Shown here: positions 50,201-63,297 of the stretch, piece after piece
Position numbering within the stretch: the first letter of the stretch is position 1
How the letters are laid out: the number at the start of each line of letters is the position of its first letter
NCBI RefSeq assembly: GCF_009834535.1
Contig: NC_045696.1
Coordinates: forward strand, 82,276,001 to 82,340,000
Direction of reading: 5' to 3'
From: Camelus ferus
Taxonomy: Eukaryota
DNA: 64,000 nucleotides
Position numbers and translations under genes: made by a program
The notes under the pieces: model-generated
The model's input: only the letters and a program-made list of their open reading frames with translations
The model's database searches: none
Told to the model about the DNA's origin: nothing

Positions 50201-52659
50201 AATATAATTACATAATTTTCCTTTCCCAGCAATAAAATAACTCAGGATGGAATGGTGTGTTTGGCCGATGTACTGAGAAGCAATACTACCCTAGAAGTAA
50301 TAGATCTTTCTTTTAACAGAATGGAAAATGCAGGTGCAAAGTATCTCAGTGACACTCTTGCTTCACACAACAGGACTCTTAAAGCGTTAGTATGGTTTTA
50401 TATTTAATCAAAATAACAGAAAAGACTTAACTTTTTTAGAATCTGACCTCAGACCTCTTAACTCTTAAGATTCATGATGAAATATGAAAGCTTAGTTTCT
50501 AAATTGACATACTAAGTTACAGGAAACATTTTAATTTCTTCTATTTTTTAAAAGTAATGTCCTATAAAAATTAGATGACTGCTTAAGATTAATGAGAAAA
50601 TTTTTAGTTGCTTTTATTATTTATTCTTAATTCTAACAGAAAAATCTTAATCATTCAGTATGAGTAAGACTTTAAAATAAGAATGAATCAAAGAAGAAAA
50701 TATTATTTGGATGACTTTATCCTGAAAAATGTATCTGTAATCCATCCTCAAACCTTTACTGAATAATAAATAGAAAACAACAGACTGTTTATTTCCAAAA
50801 TGTAGGTACATGAAGCATCCAATTAGAAAACTAAGTTTCTTGGATTTTGTGAATTATTAAGGTCAATATTTTGACTACCACATTGAACATATTTAATGGT
50901 AAGACTTAACACAATGAAATGTGTGTAATAAATTCTGTTGCTAGCTTAGGCGTTCTCTTTGTGGAACTGTTGGTTTCCAGTGTTGCTTATTACTTTTTGC
51001 TTTTCCACAGGTTGTCAGTGGTAAGCAACAACATAGAGGGAGAAGGACTTGTTGCACTTTCCCAATCAATGAAAACAAATCCCATGCTCTCTAATATCTA
51101 CATCTGGGGAAACAAATTTGATGAAGCTACATGTGTGGTAAGTTTTTTCTTCACTGAGGCTTCTCCCAGGGTCTTCCCTATATTATCAGACGTTATTTAC
51201 CAGTGCCTTAGACATGATTACAAAGTATAGTGAGACACTACAGTTTTGATAAATTTTAACATAAGTCCTAACTAAAAATTAGCTACTGGAAAGTTTCGTG
51301 GTTGAAACAGCAAAGATAATCAAATATTACATATTAGTATAAATATCACTGAATTACCCAGTCCCAGTTCCTCCAAAATTGTTTTTAAAAATCACATTTG
51401 TTGATTTAAATTTGATGTGGCACAGTCTCCAATCTGCTGCCCAATAATTAAACCAAGACAATTTGGAGTGATATAGTACAAGCTGTCGAAATATTTGGTA
51501 TGTTGCTTATGTAAATACAGAGAACCCTAGATACTACCTTCAAGACACACAAAAAGGATAGTGACAAATAATTCTCATTTGGAAAGAATAGAGAGAAAAA
51601 TGTTAAAATTCTCAAAAATTGCCAAGACTAACCAGAATTTCACCACTAAAAAGACTAATAAAATTGTACATTATTAAAAAAAATCCTTGATTTCAGAAAA
51701 ACCTCATATCCATATTCTATACATTAGGAGCCGAGTTGAGTTTGGAAATAATAATGACCAGCTAACGCAGAAAGCAACTAAACTTTTGAATCTTCTTGTA
51801 CTGTCTAAGGATGCTGTCTATTCTGCCTTTCTCCAGAATCACCTTATTGACAAAGGGTGTTTGTAAGGCACCCTTATGTAGGTATCAGTGATCCATAGAA
51901 GATATAAAAAGAAAATTCTACAATGAAGAAATAATTAGGTGGCCAGCCAGGCCAGCATCTAATACTATGGGAGCTGTCTCTCTCAGCCCAAATCTGTAGA
52001 TTACCTTCAGGAGGTCCATGAACTCCACACAGTTGTATGCCAAAATCTGTGATTGTTTACTTTTCTGGAAAGTGGATCCCTGGCTACCATCAGATCTTTG
52101 TGAGCATATACAACAGCCCTCCCTACTCATTTATGAGTCACCTTGGGACTTGAAAATTCTTACCATGAGACCTTTGGTTCACAAAACTGGTAATTCATAG
52201 AATTGTTATCTCTGCGAATCTATAACAAAACATGCCTAATAACATTAAAATTTAGAAATGTTTTGTAAGATTATAATTACATTTTGTGTGGAATAAAATG
52301 AATAAAAAGCTACAATACCTGGAAAATATTAAAATTCAGCAATGTTATTTTAAACTGTAAATTATCACAGCTAATTTGAATATTGAAATTTATTTAAGCA
52401 CTGTAAAATGAATAAACTATTTTCTTTATGATACAGCTTTTCTTAAAAATCCTAGGCATATTCAGATTTAATTCACATGGGTCGTCTAAAACCAGACAAT
52501 ACGGATGTGGAGCCATTTGTGGTGGATGGACGTGTGTACCTTGCAGAAGTCTCCAATGGCCTTAAAAGGCATTATTACTGGATACCAGGTTATGGAGCAG
52601 CTTGCAGCCAATCATCTAATGCAGGTTTTACTCTTGTACCAGTAGGTCAACATCTGTGA
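34939..52659 (+). CDS. LRRC34: Leucine-rich repeat-containing protein 34; join(34939-35035,38608-38728,39216-39334,39433-39497,40433-40516,44077-44205,46561-46656,49652-49806,50230-50385,51011-51137,52456-52659), 1353 nt, ~450 aa
   Basis: Eleven exons with GT-AG sites join in frame. Peptides such as [31 protein letters not shown] and [26 protein letters not shown] match recalled human LRRC34. Confidence 0.94.
38608..38728 (+). CDS. LRRC34: LRRC34 exon 2 (alternative in-frame start 38614)
   Basis: [34 protein letters not shown]; donor |gtaagg. Confidence 0.9.
39216..39334 (+). CDS. LRRC34: LRRC34 exon 3 (NAGNAG acceptor, alternative start 39213)
   Basis: [39 protein letters not shown]; donor |gtatgt. 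Confidence 0.92.
39433..39497 (+). CDS. LRRC34: LRRC34 exon 4
   Basis: [26 protein letters not shown] flanked. Confidence 0.92.
40433..40516 (+). CDS. LRRC34: LRRC34 exon 5
   Basis: [28 protein letters not shown], 84 nt. Confidence 0.93.
40690..42935 (-). mobile_element. L1 fragment (ORF2 C-terminus and 3'UTR) in LRRC34 intron 5
   Basis: ORF 41578-41934 ([21 protein letters not shown]...[13 protein letters not shown]) is degenerate L1 ORF2. Confidence 0.92.
40776..40995 (+). mobile_element. Tigger2/MER8-like MITE nested in L1
   Basis: cttgaa..cacaggcttaaaccgcatgggtccac...ggggtcaactata; similar to the element at 44830. Confidence 0.75.
43430..43886. mobile_element. Two L1 3' ends in opposite orientation (43440-43590 +, 43697-43886 -)
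   Basis: ctgtacttcagttaaaaaaaaa and its exact reverse complement. Confidence 0.8.
44077..44205 (+). CDS. LRRC34: LRRC34 exon 6
   Basis: [43 protein letters not shown]. Confidence 0.94.
44830..44986 (+). mobile_element. Tigger2/MER8-like MITE
   Basis: Terminal inverted repeat tacacagttgac...gtcaactgtgta. Confidence 0.8.
46561..46656 (+). CDS. LRRC34: LRRC34 exon 7
   Basis: [32 protein letters not shown]. Confidence 0.94.
49652..49806 (+). CDS. LRRC34: LRRC34 exon 8
   Basis: [51 protein letters not shown]. Confidence 0.94.
50230..50385 (+). CDS. LRRC34: LRRC34 exon 9
   Basis: [51 protein letters not shown]. Confidence 0.94.
51011..51137 (+). CDS. LRRC34: LRRC34 exon 10
   Basis: [42 protein letters not shown]. 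Confidence 0.94.
52456..52659 (+). CDS. LRRC34: LRRC34 exon 11 (last coding)
   Basis: [42 protein letters not shown]...VPVGQHL*. Confidence 0.94.
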   Translation, partial: AYSDLIHMGRLKPDNTDVEPFVVDGRVYLAEVSNGLKRHYYWIPGYGAACSQSSNAGFTLVPVGQHL

Positions 52660-52785
52660 AAAATAAGCTCTAAAATAATTTTCAAATATTTGTCTTATTA
52701 CTTTCACAGAGATAATGTTTTATTGCCTATTAAGATTTTCTTTCATAAATTAGAACGTTACTTTCATCAGATAGGTAAAAGAGAT

Positions 52786-52791
52786 ATTAAA
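52786..52791 (+). terminator. Candidate LRRC34 polyadenylation signal ATTAAA
   Basis: Variant hexamer ~130 nt after the stop codon. Confidence 0.4.
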
Positions 52792-53423
52792 CTTTGAATA
52801 ACCCTCCATTGTGAAAAACTGAGTAGTGTAATTTTTTCAAAGAAATTTTACAAAATAGGGACTAAAATTTGAACCGCTGGAGAAAGAAATCATCAAGGAA
52901 CTAATTTCTTTTTATAAAGAAAGTATTACCAAATAGTAGAATAGCATACAAGGTCATTATAGATCTCCTAACTGAAAGCTGTCATCGAGTGGTAAAAAAA
53001 AAAAGGTTTCAGGTGACAGATCCCAGGGGCCTTCAAGGGGTTTATAGGCTCAAAAAGTATTTTAGGTATCTTACAGATGGGTGTTGATACACTTTCACAA
53101 ATACAGGTAAATATATATAAACATACACATATACCAATACATATAAATATATACTTTCCAAACAAGTCAATGCTGCCAGTGAACTTTTAAAGATAGTTCT
53201 CTCTTTTGGAGGATGCCAGTAATATTTTAACAATTTGATGGCATATAATTCATATTGTCTGTGGCCAATCTTGTTTCTCTTCAGAGAAATCTTAATACAC
53301 TATGATCTTTTGATTACAGACCTATGTTCACAAATTTGTTAATTCATACATACCACTTAACTGCTTAATCTGAATGATTTATTAGTGCTCAAGACAGGCA
53401 AAGTATGAGAAAAAAAATGTAGA

Positions 53424-53561
53424 GGGAGGGTATAGCTCCAGTGACAGAGTGCATGCTTAGCATACACAGGGTCCTGGGTTCAGTCCTCAGTACCCTCTCT
53501 AAAAATAAAAAAGTAAACCGTTACCTCCCTCCTGAAAAATAAATTAAAAAATTAATTAATT
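53424..53561 (+). mobile_element. tRNA-derived SINE (Vic-1-like)
   Basis: gggagggtatagctc head; TSD aaaaaaaatgtaga at 53410-53423 and 53562-53575. Confidence 0.88.
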
Positions 53562-56138
53562 AAAAAAAATGTAGACGGTTTTAAAAGGTCACTTTATAAG
53601 TTCTGCAGTCTAAAAGAAGAAAAAAAACCCATCTCTAAATGTTGAAGAGGAGGTGGAATAAAGGTGGTGGTCAGATTTACAGTTGTCAAAGTATTGGCCT
53701 TCACTTAAAGTATTGTGAATTCCTCAAATCATAGCTGTATTTATTCCAAAAATTTAAATTACAAAAAAAATGACATGTCATTGTCCATTCCTTTGGTAGA
53801 TTAAGCAATTAAGATAAATATCTCCTACTCACTGTTTAACAATTATCAAGTTTAACAGGTCTTTCCTTTTGTTCAACACCTAATACCACCTTTCCATACT
53901 CCCTGGGGAGGTTGGGGTGGGGGGTTAGGCAGGGAGGTGGGCACAGATGGTGGTGGTGGTGATGAAATGGGAAGAACATCTGAATAAATTATATAAGCCA
54001 TTATTTTCACTTAATGTTCTAGATTATTGAGCAAGAAAAAGACCTAAATGCCTTACCACATCCATTCTCATGCTTTCAGAGAGATGAATTTGGATCATTC
54101 AGGACAGATGGTTTGCTATCAGGTTGAGTCTGTGCTGAAAAACAAAGTCTTAAAACATCTGGAATTGTTTGAAAAATAGTACTCATTAGTTCATGTTAAT
54201 AATAACAAAATGTGTGAAATGGATTTCAGGGCCTTTTTTTTTGATAAGTATTGTTTATATGTTATATTAAAACTACTACAGTCTGATAATGGAATTTTAG
54301 AAATAATGACCTTCCACTGTTGCAAAAAACATCTACTGAAGATCTGCTGTCAACAAATGTTTACAATGGCACCGACAAAACTGCATAGATTACAGAATTC
54401 TACAACAAGTGATTTTATGTATCCCGACACAATGACTTTTTATTAATTATTGATTTTACTCTTAGTTATTAGGTTTTACCAAGCCTTAGTTTACAATGTT
54501 CTCTACATGTTTCAGATCTTATTTTGTTTCCATTTTAAGATCTCTCCTCTGTAGATATAAAGACTAGTTTTTTTTTTTTTACAAAGTTCTTTTATATTAT
54601 TACATGATGAATATAGCTAGAACTAATTACTTGTATCTAAAAAAAGTTGTACTGTCTGAGGAAAGTCATGTCTTTGTATTGTTAAAAATGCAGTAGTAAA
54701 TGAAAAAAATTTGTCTTTTGATCAGATTTGAAAAACTGCAGAGTTGAATGCTATGGGAAAAAAATATGAACATTTTTAACTGTCATTACATTTGGAAACC
54801 ATTAAGCTGGTGAAGAAATGCTACTCCTAGCAATCAGAGAGCCAATAAACTGAAACCTAAATAACAGTATGACAGACTTCTTACACTTGAACATCTGTCC
54901 AGACAGTACAGATAGTTTAAATTGAAGACACTGAATTAGCATTTTTAAAAGTGTGGAGCATCAGAATCACCTGGGGCAAGTGTTAAAAATACAGATTCTT
55001 AGTTAGACTTACTGAATCAGAATTTTTGAGGATAGTCTGGGGAATCTGCATTTTTACAATCCAGGTCACCTTTAATCTCACTGAAGTTTTAAAAACCAAT
55101 GCTCTGGTTTTCTCATTCTTCAGTTTTTTTTTTTTAATATATACTTCTTTTAAATGGAAGTAAATGAATAGCTAGATAAATTATCACAAAGTTAACCCAT
55201 CTGTGTTAACCATGATCCGGATAAAGATAGTAAATGCCACAAGCTTCCCAGAAGCTCCTCCAACCATCTTCCAATAAACAACCACTATCATGACATCTAA
55301 CACCCCAGAGTAGTTTTGCATGTTTTGGAATTTTATATAAATGGAATCATACAGTCTATATGCTCTTTGTATCAGACTTCTTTTGTATAACATTAGTGCA
55401 ATTCATTCTTGTTTAATGCAACAGTAGTCCATTCTCCTTTTATTGTTTTGAAGTATTTCATAATATGCTGGGTAGTAGTCCGTAGGATTCTGAAAGAGAT
55501 AACTCTCAGGCTGGGACGCAGCCAAATCAGAGTAAACCTTAGTGATGCAGTTTGCTCTCCCAGGCACTCTCTCTTCCTATGTGCTATGGAGGGGAGCCCA
55601 CAAGTTCTTATATTCTCCCTGGGGGAGACTCAGAAGTTTGAGTGGGAAGCAAAGAGGTGAATTGGAAGTAAGTAGGCTTACCTGAAGCCTGCAGTGGAGT
55701 GGCATGTGCTAAACCTGCAAACTAACTCACACTGGACTTCTTGAGACATTTTTGCAGGTCTCAGAGCTTTCTTCTCCACACCCAAGAGAACTAAGGTGAA
55801 GCCAGGTCAGCCAAAAACTACTGGGCTCTGACCAGGCTAAGAAAAATCTGATCACATTATTTTACAAGCTGTTGCCTACCGTATCAGAAGCCAGTAGGAT
55901 GCCCATAGAATGGAAGAATGAAGACAGCATCTTCCCTGATGCCATTATGTCATGTAAGCCTCCTCCTCCATTTATATGGACACCATTTTAGAGAGAAGAC
56001 AAAGGGCAGAAGTAAGACAGCAATTTTTGAAATGTTACCTTAAGATATTATAAATTCTATCTCCTTTGTATCAGACTAGGTTTTAAAGGTGCTAGGACTA
56101 AAAGTTAATTTCTTCTGCAAACTTCCTACTGGGTGGGA

Positions 56139-56188
56139 GCCCTGGAAGAATACGTAAGCCCTGTAAGAATACGTAAGCCCTGTAAGAA
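56139..56188. repeat. 19-bp tandem repeat, ~2.6 copies (gccctgtaagaatacgtaa)
   Basis: Read directly from the sequence. Confidence 0.9.
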
Positions 56189-58209
56189 AACTCCCACTTC
56201 CTCTGCACACCTGAATTCTAATAAGTAAATCTGCAACCATGTATGTGTTACATGTTTCCTTCTATTTTCCTCTTAGCAATCATCCTTTAAGATCCAGCTC
56301 ACAGCCTCCTATTAGTGTTGTAGATACTCTATTATGCTCATCATTTTACAGTGTTTCAAGTTTGAAAGCAAAAAAGCAAGAAAGTGGTTCATACTTTTTA
56401 GATACTTGATAAAATGATCTGATTGCTGTACTCTCTGCTTTTCAAACTAAATAGTAGTATTATGTCTTATCTACTACTCAAACCATATCCACCTGGCTTC
56501 TACGCCCACTGTTACTAATGCAGCTGTCTTTCTTAAAGGATCATCATGCTCCAGTTACCCAACCCAATGCTGTCTTTGATTTTCATCCTATTTAATTTCT
56601 CTGTACCGCATGATCAGTACAAAGCCACTATTGTCTGCATGAAACGTGCGCTACTGTTTTCTCCCTGTTACCTCTTTCTATCTCCTTTTCTGTCTTTTGC
56701 TCATTCTTTAAATGCATTTCCCCCAAGATTTTGTCCTCATCTTTATTCTTCTGTAACATCTCCTAAGGTTGCCTAAATCATTTATATCACAATACTTACA
56801 GCCTTATGCTGCAAGATCTGTATCTCTAGCTTTAACCTCTGCTGGGTTTCAGTCCTCATTTCCAACTACTGCTAGACATTTTCACATAGGTATCTCACCA
56901 CCAATCAAATTCAGCACATAAAAAATAAAGTTTTCTCTTCCGTAAACCTCCACTTTATCTTCCCTATCACAGTTAATGGCATCACCATTTACTCAATCAC
57001 TAAGGATTTAAAACTTAATGTGTCTAAGTCAGGGCTGCCTAACTACAAGGAACAGAAACTGACTCAAGCCTGCTTAAGAAAAAGGAGATACACTGTACGA
57101 ACTTAAATAGGCAAAAATAAGCGGCAACCAGGGACAAGGAAATGAAGCATAGTTGTGCCACCTCCAGAATGGGATTGCAAAGCCAGAAACCAAGCCACTT
57201 CCGTCTCTTCAGGGCCTCAGTCACTTGGTTCTGCAAACTTGCCTTATCCCTTTCTTTGCGCTATAGATCAGCTTTCTCTGCTTCTTCACTATTTCCTTGA
57301 CTTTGGCTTGCTTCACTGACTCTGGGCCAGTTCTAAATGATTTTTTTCATTTACATGTATACCAATACCTAGTAAGTGTTTGGCCTAAGAATTACTTCTC
57401 CCTGCTAAGGTGTTCATTGAGCTGCAGTCACAAGTATGGCATCATGTGTTACAAATGTGGCTGTCTAATCCCTGCCCTTCAGCAGTCAATTGTGATTGAG
57501 TGTGAGATCCTGGATTATAAACTTGGCTATCTAATCCCATTCCTTCGGCACAGGCTAAAGGTAGAGCCCTATTTCAAGATGGTATAGGTATAGTGCTAGA
57601 CGTGCCTTTGATCCCTACCTTTCACACTTTCTTTCCATTCTGCCTACCTCAGTCAGCTGTGAACAAATTCCTCCCATTAACCATCTCCTCTTGTTTGCCT
57701 GCCCAGGGGAGCAATGGCTCTTTCTGTGTCCATTCATCTTCCTTTAACTGCTCAGCATTTCCTTTCTTGCCTCCCCAGCACTGTAACACTTGGCATTCTG
57801 GCTTGTTTTATTGCCAGTTATATTCAGGCTTATCTTTCCCATCTGACTGTATACTTAAAAAATGGAGGATATCTTATTCATCTTTGTAACTTTATGCATT
57901 CTGATTTCAACAGTTTTCTAGCATTCAAAATAATGGTCAGATATTTTAATCCAAGTATCTGATTCACATCTGTGGTGTTTAATTTTAGTATATTCTTCTT
58001 GAAATTACTCTACTTCTGGATGATGACTATGTTTACATGATAATCATTATCTAAATTCCTTAAGCAAATACACCAAATGTTTCTTGCATGAAGGCGGTGC
58101 AGGGTTGCAGAGCACAGAAGAGTAGACCGTATCATTGTCTCAAATGCACCAATAACTAAATCTCAATATTGTTCATAAATAATGAGTAAAAATGTAGAAT
58201 TTACAGAAA

Positions 58210-61179
58210 TTACATTAAAATACAATTACTTTTTATTTGGTGGTATTTCTAGCCAAGTTCTAAAGTCTCAAAATCTCTGAGGAAAGTTCTACCAAGAGCT
58301 TCATGTATCAAGAACCCATATATCATATATCAAGAGCCCAAAGGAAGAATGCCAAGAAATGTTTAGGACAATAGTTCTCAATGTTCAGTATGCATTAAGA
58401 TCACCTACAGAGCTCTTCCAGCATGTTCTAGAGATCATCTAAATCAGAGGGCCTAAGGTGGGGTTGGGCTTAGACACCATTATTTAAAAAATATGTTTCT
58501 GATGTGCATCAAATATTAGAGCTATTATTCTAGGATATTTTAAAAAACGAGTACATGTACATTGTTTTTATATAAGCATAATTTAACTACTCTCATTTGC
58601 ACAATTTCTGTAGAAATGAAACATACAGAAGTGATAAACTACTGTTGCAACAGAACAGACAAAACCTTTTCTTAAAAAAAATAAAACTTTCTAAAATTTG
58701 TCTATCAAAATCATCCTATGAAATTAAACATAAAACAAATACCATTTAAAAACAGCAAAATCATTTATATATAATCTATGGTTTCTTTTTAAAAAGCCTA
58801 AAATCTAACAATACATTAGGAATAATCTAATACAAATATAAAACAAAATTAACTTAGAAAATGTTTTTTCAGTAAGATTTTCAGCATCTTAAAAAGACTT
58901 TCAAAAAACTTAGTAATACTTTAAGAACAGACCTTTCCCAAAACACTGCATTGTACAAATATATTTAAAAATGAACTTAACTAATATAATTATGAGTGTT
59001 AGAATGATGCCAGATACAACTAAAATACATGCATATTATGATAAAGAATAATAAGCATTATGAGAAGAATGACAAGACAGGATACTGAAGTATTCAAGCT
59101 TTCTTTACACGTCATTCTGGAAGAGCATCAAGCCATGTCACTTTAAAATAAAATTATTTTAGCTAAGAAGCAGATAATGTGATGAAGAAAAGCACAATAA
59201 ATCAACTTTAGCTACTCCAATCCAATAATTCTAAAAAATAATAAATTTGAAGGCTTATCTATGTAAAGGCAGAATGCTAATTACCATCATATTAGAGGAA
59301 ATTTGGTAACTACTACCCTCACAGAATTATAACATCACTGTGGCAGTTTTTAAAGAGAAATTTTGTTCATTAGATACTGAGATTAATGAGGATGTGAATT
59401 AAATATAACCTCTCTATTTCAGTAGACTTCTTAAAAAGGCTGAGTCCTAATTTCCTTTAATTTCTTCACATTCCAGTTCCTATTGAATTTAAGCCAGAAT
59501 AGATCAGTTGAACATTTTATAACTTTATAAATTGTACTTAAACTCAGTATATTAAATTAATACATATGCATAATTATATTTCTTAGATAAATTAAATACA
59601 AAGTTTGAGGTACATTATATAAAGGCAGTATTTCAAACTCTATTCAATTAAGCCAATCCCACTGGTGGCAATTTAGTGTGAAAATGCTGAGTATGCTGTG
59701 AAATGGTGACGATATGTACAGTTTACAAGAATTTAGTAGTTTCATTAAGTCTTCTGGTTGGTTCCTATGAGTAGGACCCCAAAGAAAATAACAATTAAAG
59801 AAATCAATACCAATAGAAAACACATTAATTTTATTACAGGTGTGGTTTCAAAGCAGAAAACAAATAAGCCACAACTAATGCATGGCAGAAATAAGAAATA
59901 ATGTCACCATGGTGTTTGATCAGCAGTATAGGAACTGATAATTTAATGTCCAAAGATTAGACAGTGAAATAAATCAATATTTGGGAAAAATGGGGTGGGG
60001 AAGAGTGGTAAATATCAGAATAAATCTGAATTTTCTAAGTTCATTAGGAAGGAAAAAGACTACTGTGAAACTATAACCACCAACAACTGTCATGGTTTAA
60101 TCTATAAAATTTAAAAACTCAGAACTTATAGAAAACTCAAGTATAAAATGTTTAATAAACTGACTTTCTGATAACAAATGTTTACTATTTAATTGAAGTT
60201 CATTTCTTAACTATTTATGAATATAATGTATCAAATTCAGAAGCCAAGTATTTTATACTATGCATTAAGTTTCTATTTAGAAAATTCTTTTTAGGATTTT
60301 ATATTTTTAAAAGTGCATAAGAGGTATAAGAGGCTTATTAAAAATTTTCAAAACTCAGTATATTTTCCTCATCTCCAGTAATCTAGAAACCTATTAAAAC
60401 AATCTGGATCAAGTTTCAAAACTGTCTTTAATAAGATAAAAACACCAAATAGCTACTTAAAATTCATTTTGAAAATGTAGTCTCAGATAAATCAAAAGTA
60501 CTGACCACTGGTTTTCTCTAGAATACTGAGTTCTAAATGAACAAAATTTACATAGTTTTCTAGCTTTTAAGAGAAACACTTTTTGTTTCATTAGAAAAGT
60601 TACCTCCAATGGACTGTATTAATAGAGAAACAGCACAATTCTTATTCAGTACCGAAATTTTCTCAGGTACATTCTGTTAGGCAGAAATATGAATTTTATT
60701 TTCCCCCCATAGTTTATGTATTGGTCTATGGTTTATGTATTGATCCATCAGCACCTCTCTTGGGCTGATACTATCATGGATTTCTTTTAAATTTTGAGGG
60801 GAAGAAAATAAATTCCACAGGTCAAAAATCATAAACTGATAGATTCTACTTGAGTAAATGAAAGGCAATCCAAAATGCAAAATAAAAATGGAATTAAGGC
60901 AGCTCTAAAAGAAAGTAAAACTTACCCACCCAAAAGAGTGCTAATGTAGTATAATTACTCATTCCTTAAAAAGCTGTGTATATGACTTAGACATAAAAGC
61001 CAAATATCAAAGAAGCATTGCCCAGTTATGATGCAGCATCAGGTGCTTTTACCTCAGTGAATGAAAAATAATGGCCACAACTCAAATGAATGGTTAATTT
61101 AATATGAATATATGCATCTTACCAGAGATGTTTATGTTTCCTACCAAGGTGTCTTAGCAATTCCATATTTCTCACAAAG
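58210..61179 (-). other. MYNN: Probable long AT-rich MYNN 3'UTR with candidate distal AATAAA at 58237-58232
   Basis: Repeat-poor AT-rich stretch downstream of the stop; TTTATT on + at 58232; the end is inferred. Confidence 0.55.
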
Positions 61180-61442
61180 TCAGTATAACTGTTGTAAAAA
61201 AATCAACTGTGGTTCTGAATACCCATTCACAGTTGACCTCAACAACGTATCTGATGTAGGAGACTGATTATCTGTGACAGGCAGAAGCATGTGGTGGTCC
61301 TCAGTTCCAAGCGGAAGAGTTAGTGGTAAAGTCATATCAGAAGGTTTCACATCTAAAGTTTCTGATAAAGGACTTTTTTGTATAGAATCTTGTTCACTCA
61401 AGGGATGATCCTCTATACTAGAATCTAGAATTTTATCTGCAC
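61180..61442 (-). CDS. MYNN: Myoneurin (BTB-zinc finger) last coding exon
   Basis: tttcag|GADKILDSSIEDHPLSEQDSIQKSPLSETLDVKPSD...GYSEPQLIFLQQLY*; matches the recalled MYNN C-terminus. Confidence 0.95.
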
Positions 61443-63210
61443 CTGAAATGGAAGAGAAAAAAATTAACTCTCTTTAAGAACCAAACAAAAACCCTGAGGA
61501 AGACTCAATCTATATACCATCCCCAGAACTTGCATTCCAACCTCACACCTTTAGTCATACTGTTTCTCTCTTGCTGATTTGCCCTTCTTATTATCTATAT
61601 ACATCCATTATGGGTTTGAAGATTAGGTTCAAGCACCAACATCATTATAAAAATGGACTTAACTGTTCTGGAGCAGGGTAAGCTGTTTCTTACCTATTTT
61701 ATCACTTGCTTGTCAGTTTTTCATATACCACCCTGTGACATCTATCATATTGCTATTTAACATTCTCCGTAGGTATGCCTTGAATGCTCAACAGACTGTA
61801 AATTCCTTCAGAGCAAATGTCAAGTTATACTTCTCTAATTCCTTCAAAGTACTTAAAAGTGCTATACACATAATAAGTATTCTGTTTGTTCACTGAATGT
61901 ATTAATGAGTAGTTCATATTCATATTATTCAATGAGTTCAAGTTCAGAGATATGGCACTCTCATTTTCAGAAATTCTGCCCTACTCAAGGGAGTTATTAT
62001 GCCACTGACTAAAGATACAGTTTTTTCTTCAAATTTTCCACTAGCTTTCCACTTTCTTGTCACTCCAAAGTACTAACATGATTTCAGTCTATCTCTGTTA
62101 GACAAAATTGCATATTTGCTTTTATAAAGTTTATCTTGTTTTTGCCAGACTATTCTTCAGTTCAACCAGCCAAGAATACAGCCTGTGCTGTCTCATCCCA
62201 GTGACTCTATTCAGTGTTCTCTCTGCTTGGGATGAAACTTCCCTTTCCCATCTATCCTTTGAACTCTTCTCCACCTTTCAGGTTCCCTAGAATTAAGCTT
62301 TTCCAGTATTCACCTCATTTAATCTCTTCTTCAGCACTCTTGCATCTCTGTTATACTACATTTTGTCTTGTAATCATAGTTATTTAGATTTCTGGCCTCC
62401 CACACCAGATTGTAAACTCTTTGAGGACTAGGACTACGCTTTGTTCACCTTCATACACTCTGCAGTTATGTGTGCTTTAGAGGTATTTAATAAATGCTTG
62501 TTGAATTAATGTCTCACAGAAGTTTTCAGATGTTACTTACCTTAAACCTCATGGTGTTTATGTTTACCATCAAAGACTATCATCTCTATAAACTGAAGAC
62601 TAGTGTTTTGTTTCTAATCATAACAGAATGCTTAAGCATAGTGAAACTTTCTCAAGGATTCATTTTAAGCAACAGTCTAAAAATTCTGTAGCAAAAGTGT
62701 AAAAATTCTTTCCATTTTCATACATTGTAACAATTTGGGGCTACCTGTTTCCCTATTTCCTCTAACATATTTCTGGACCACTGTTCATGATGCACCTACT
62801 ACAGTAAACCCCAAGTAACCCAGACTCTAGTATGAGGAAGAGTAATATATAATTTGTTTACACATTCTTTCATTCTTGAAACTGTTCATACATCAGGTTT
62901 TTAAAGGAGGGACTATTTCAAGCATCATTTATTACAAGGTCAATACGGAAAGAAATTCAGAATGAATTCATCTGCAAATTATAAAGCTACCTTCCTCATA
63001 TGTGTGGACCTAATTTTTAAAAATATATATCTAATTTTTATATTTTTCTATCTGTGAAAAGTATTTGGGTCTCTTGGGCTAAAATGGACTTCAAAATTTT
63101 TCCAGTTAAAATTAATGTGAAATTTAAATTTAAACTGTTGTACATCTCAACATTTTAAGGAATAGCACAAATATAAGAGTATCAAATTTTAAAAACACAC
63201 AAGCATTTAC

Positions 63211-63297
63211 CAGAATGGACTTTAGTCTTGTGCTTCTTTAAATTTTTAATATCTGTGTAAGAATTTCCACATAATTCGCAGATAAATGGTCTTTCTC
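63211..63297 (-). CDS. MYNN: Myoneurin penultimate coding exon (last C2H2 zinc finger); gene continues beyond the window
   Basis: GERPFICELCGNSYTDIKNLKKHKTKVHSG, 87 nt, AG/GT flanked, in phase with the last exon. Confidence 0.93.
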
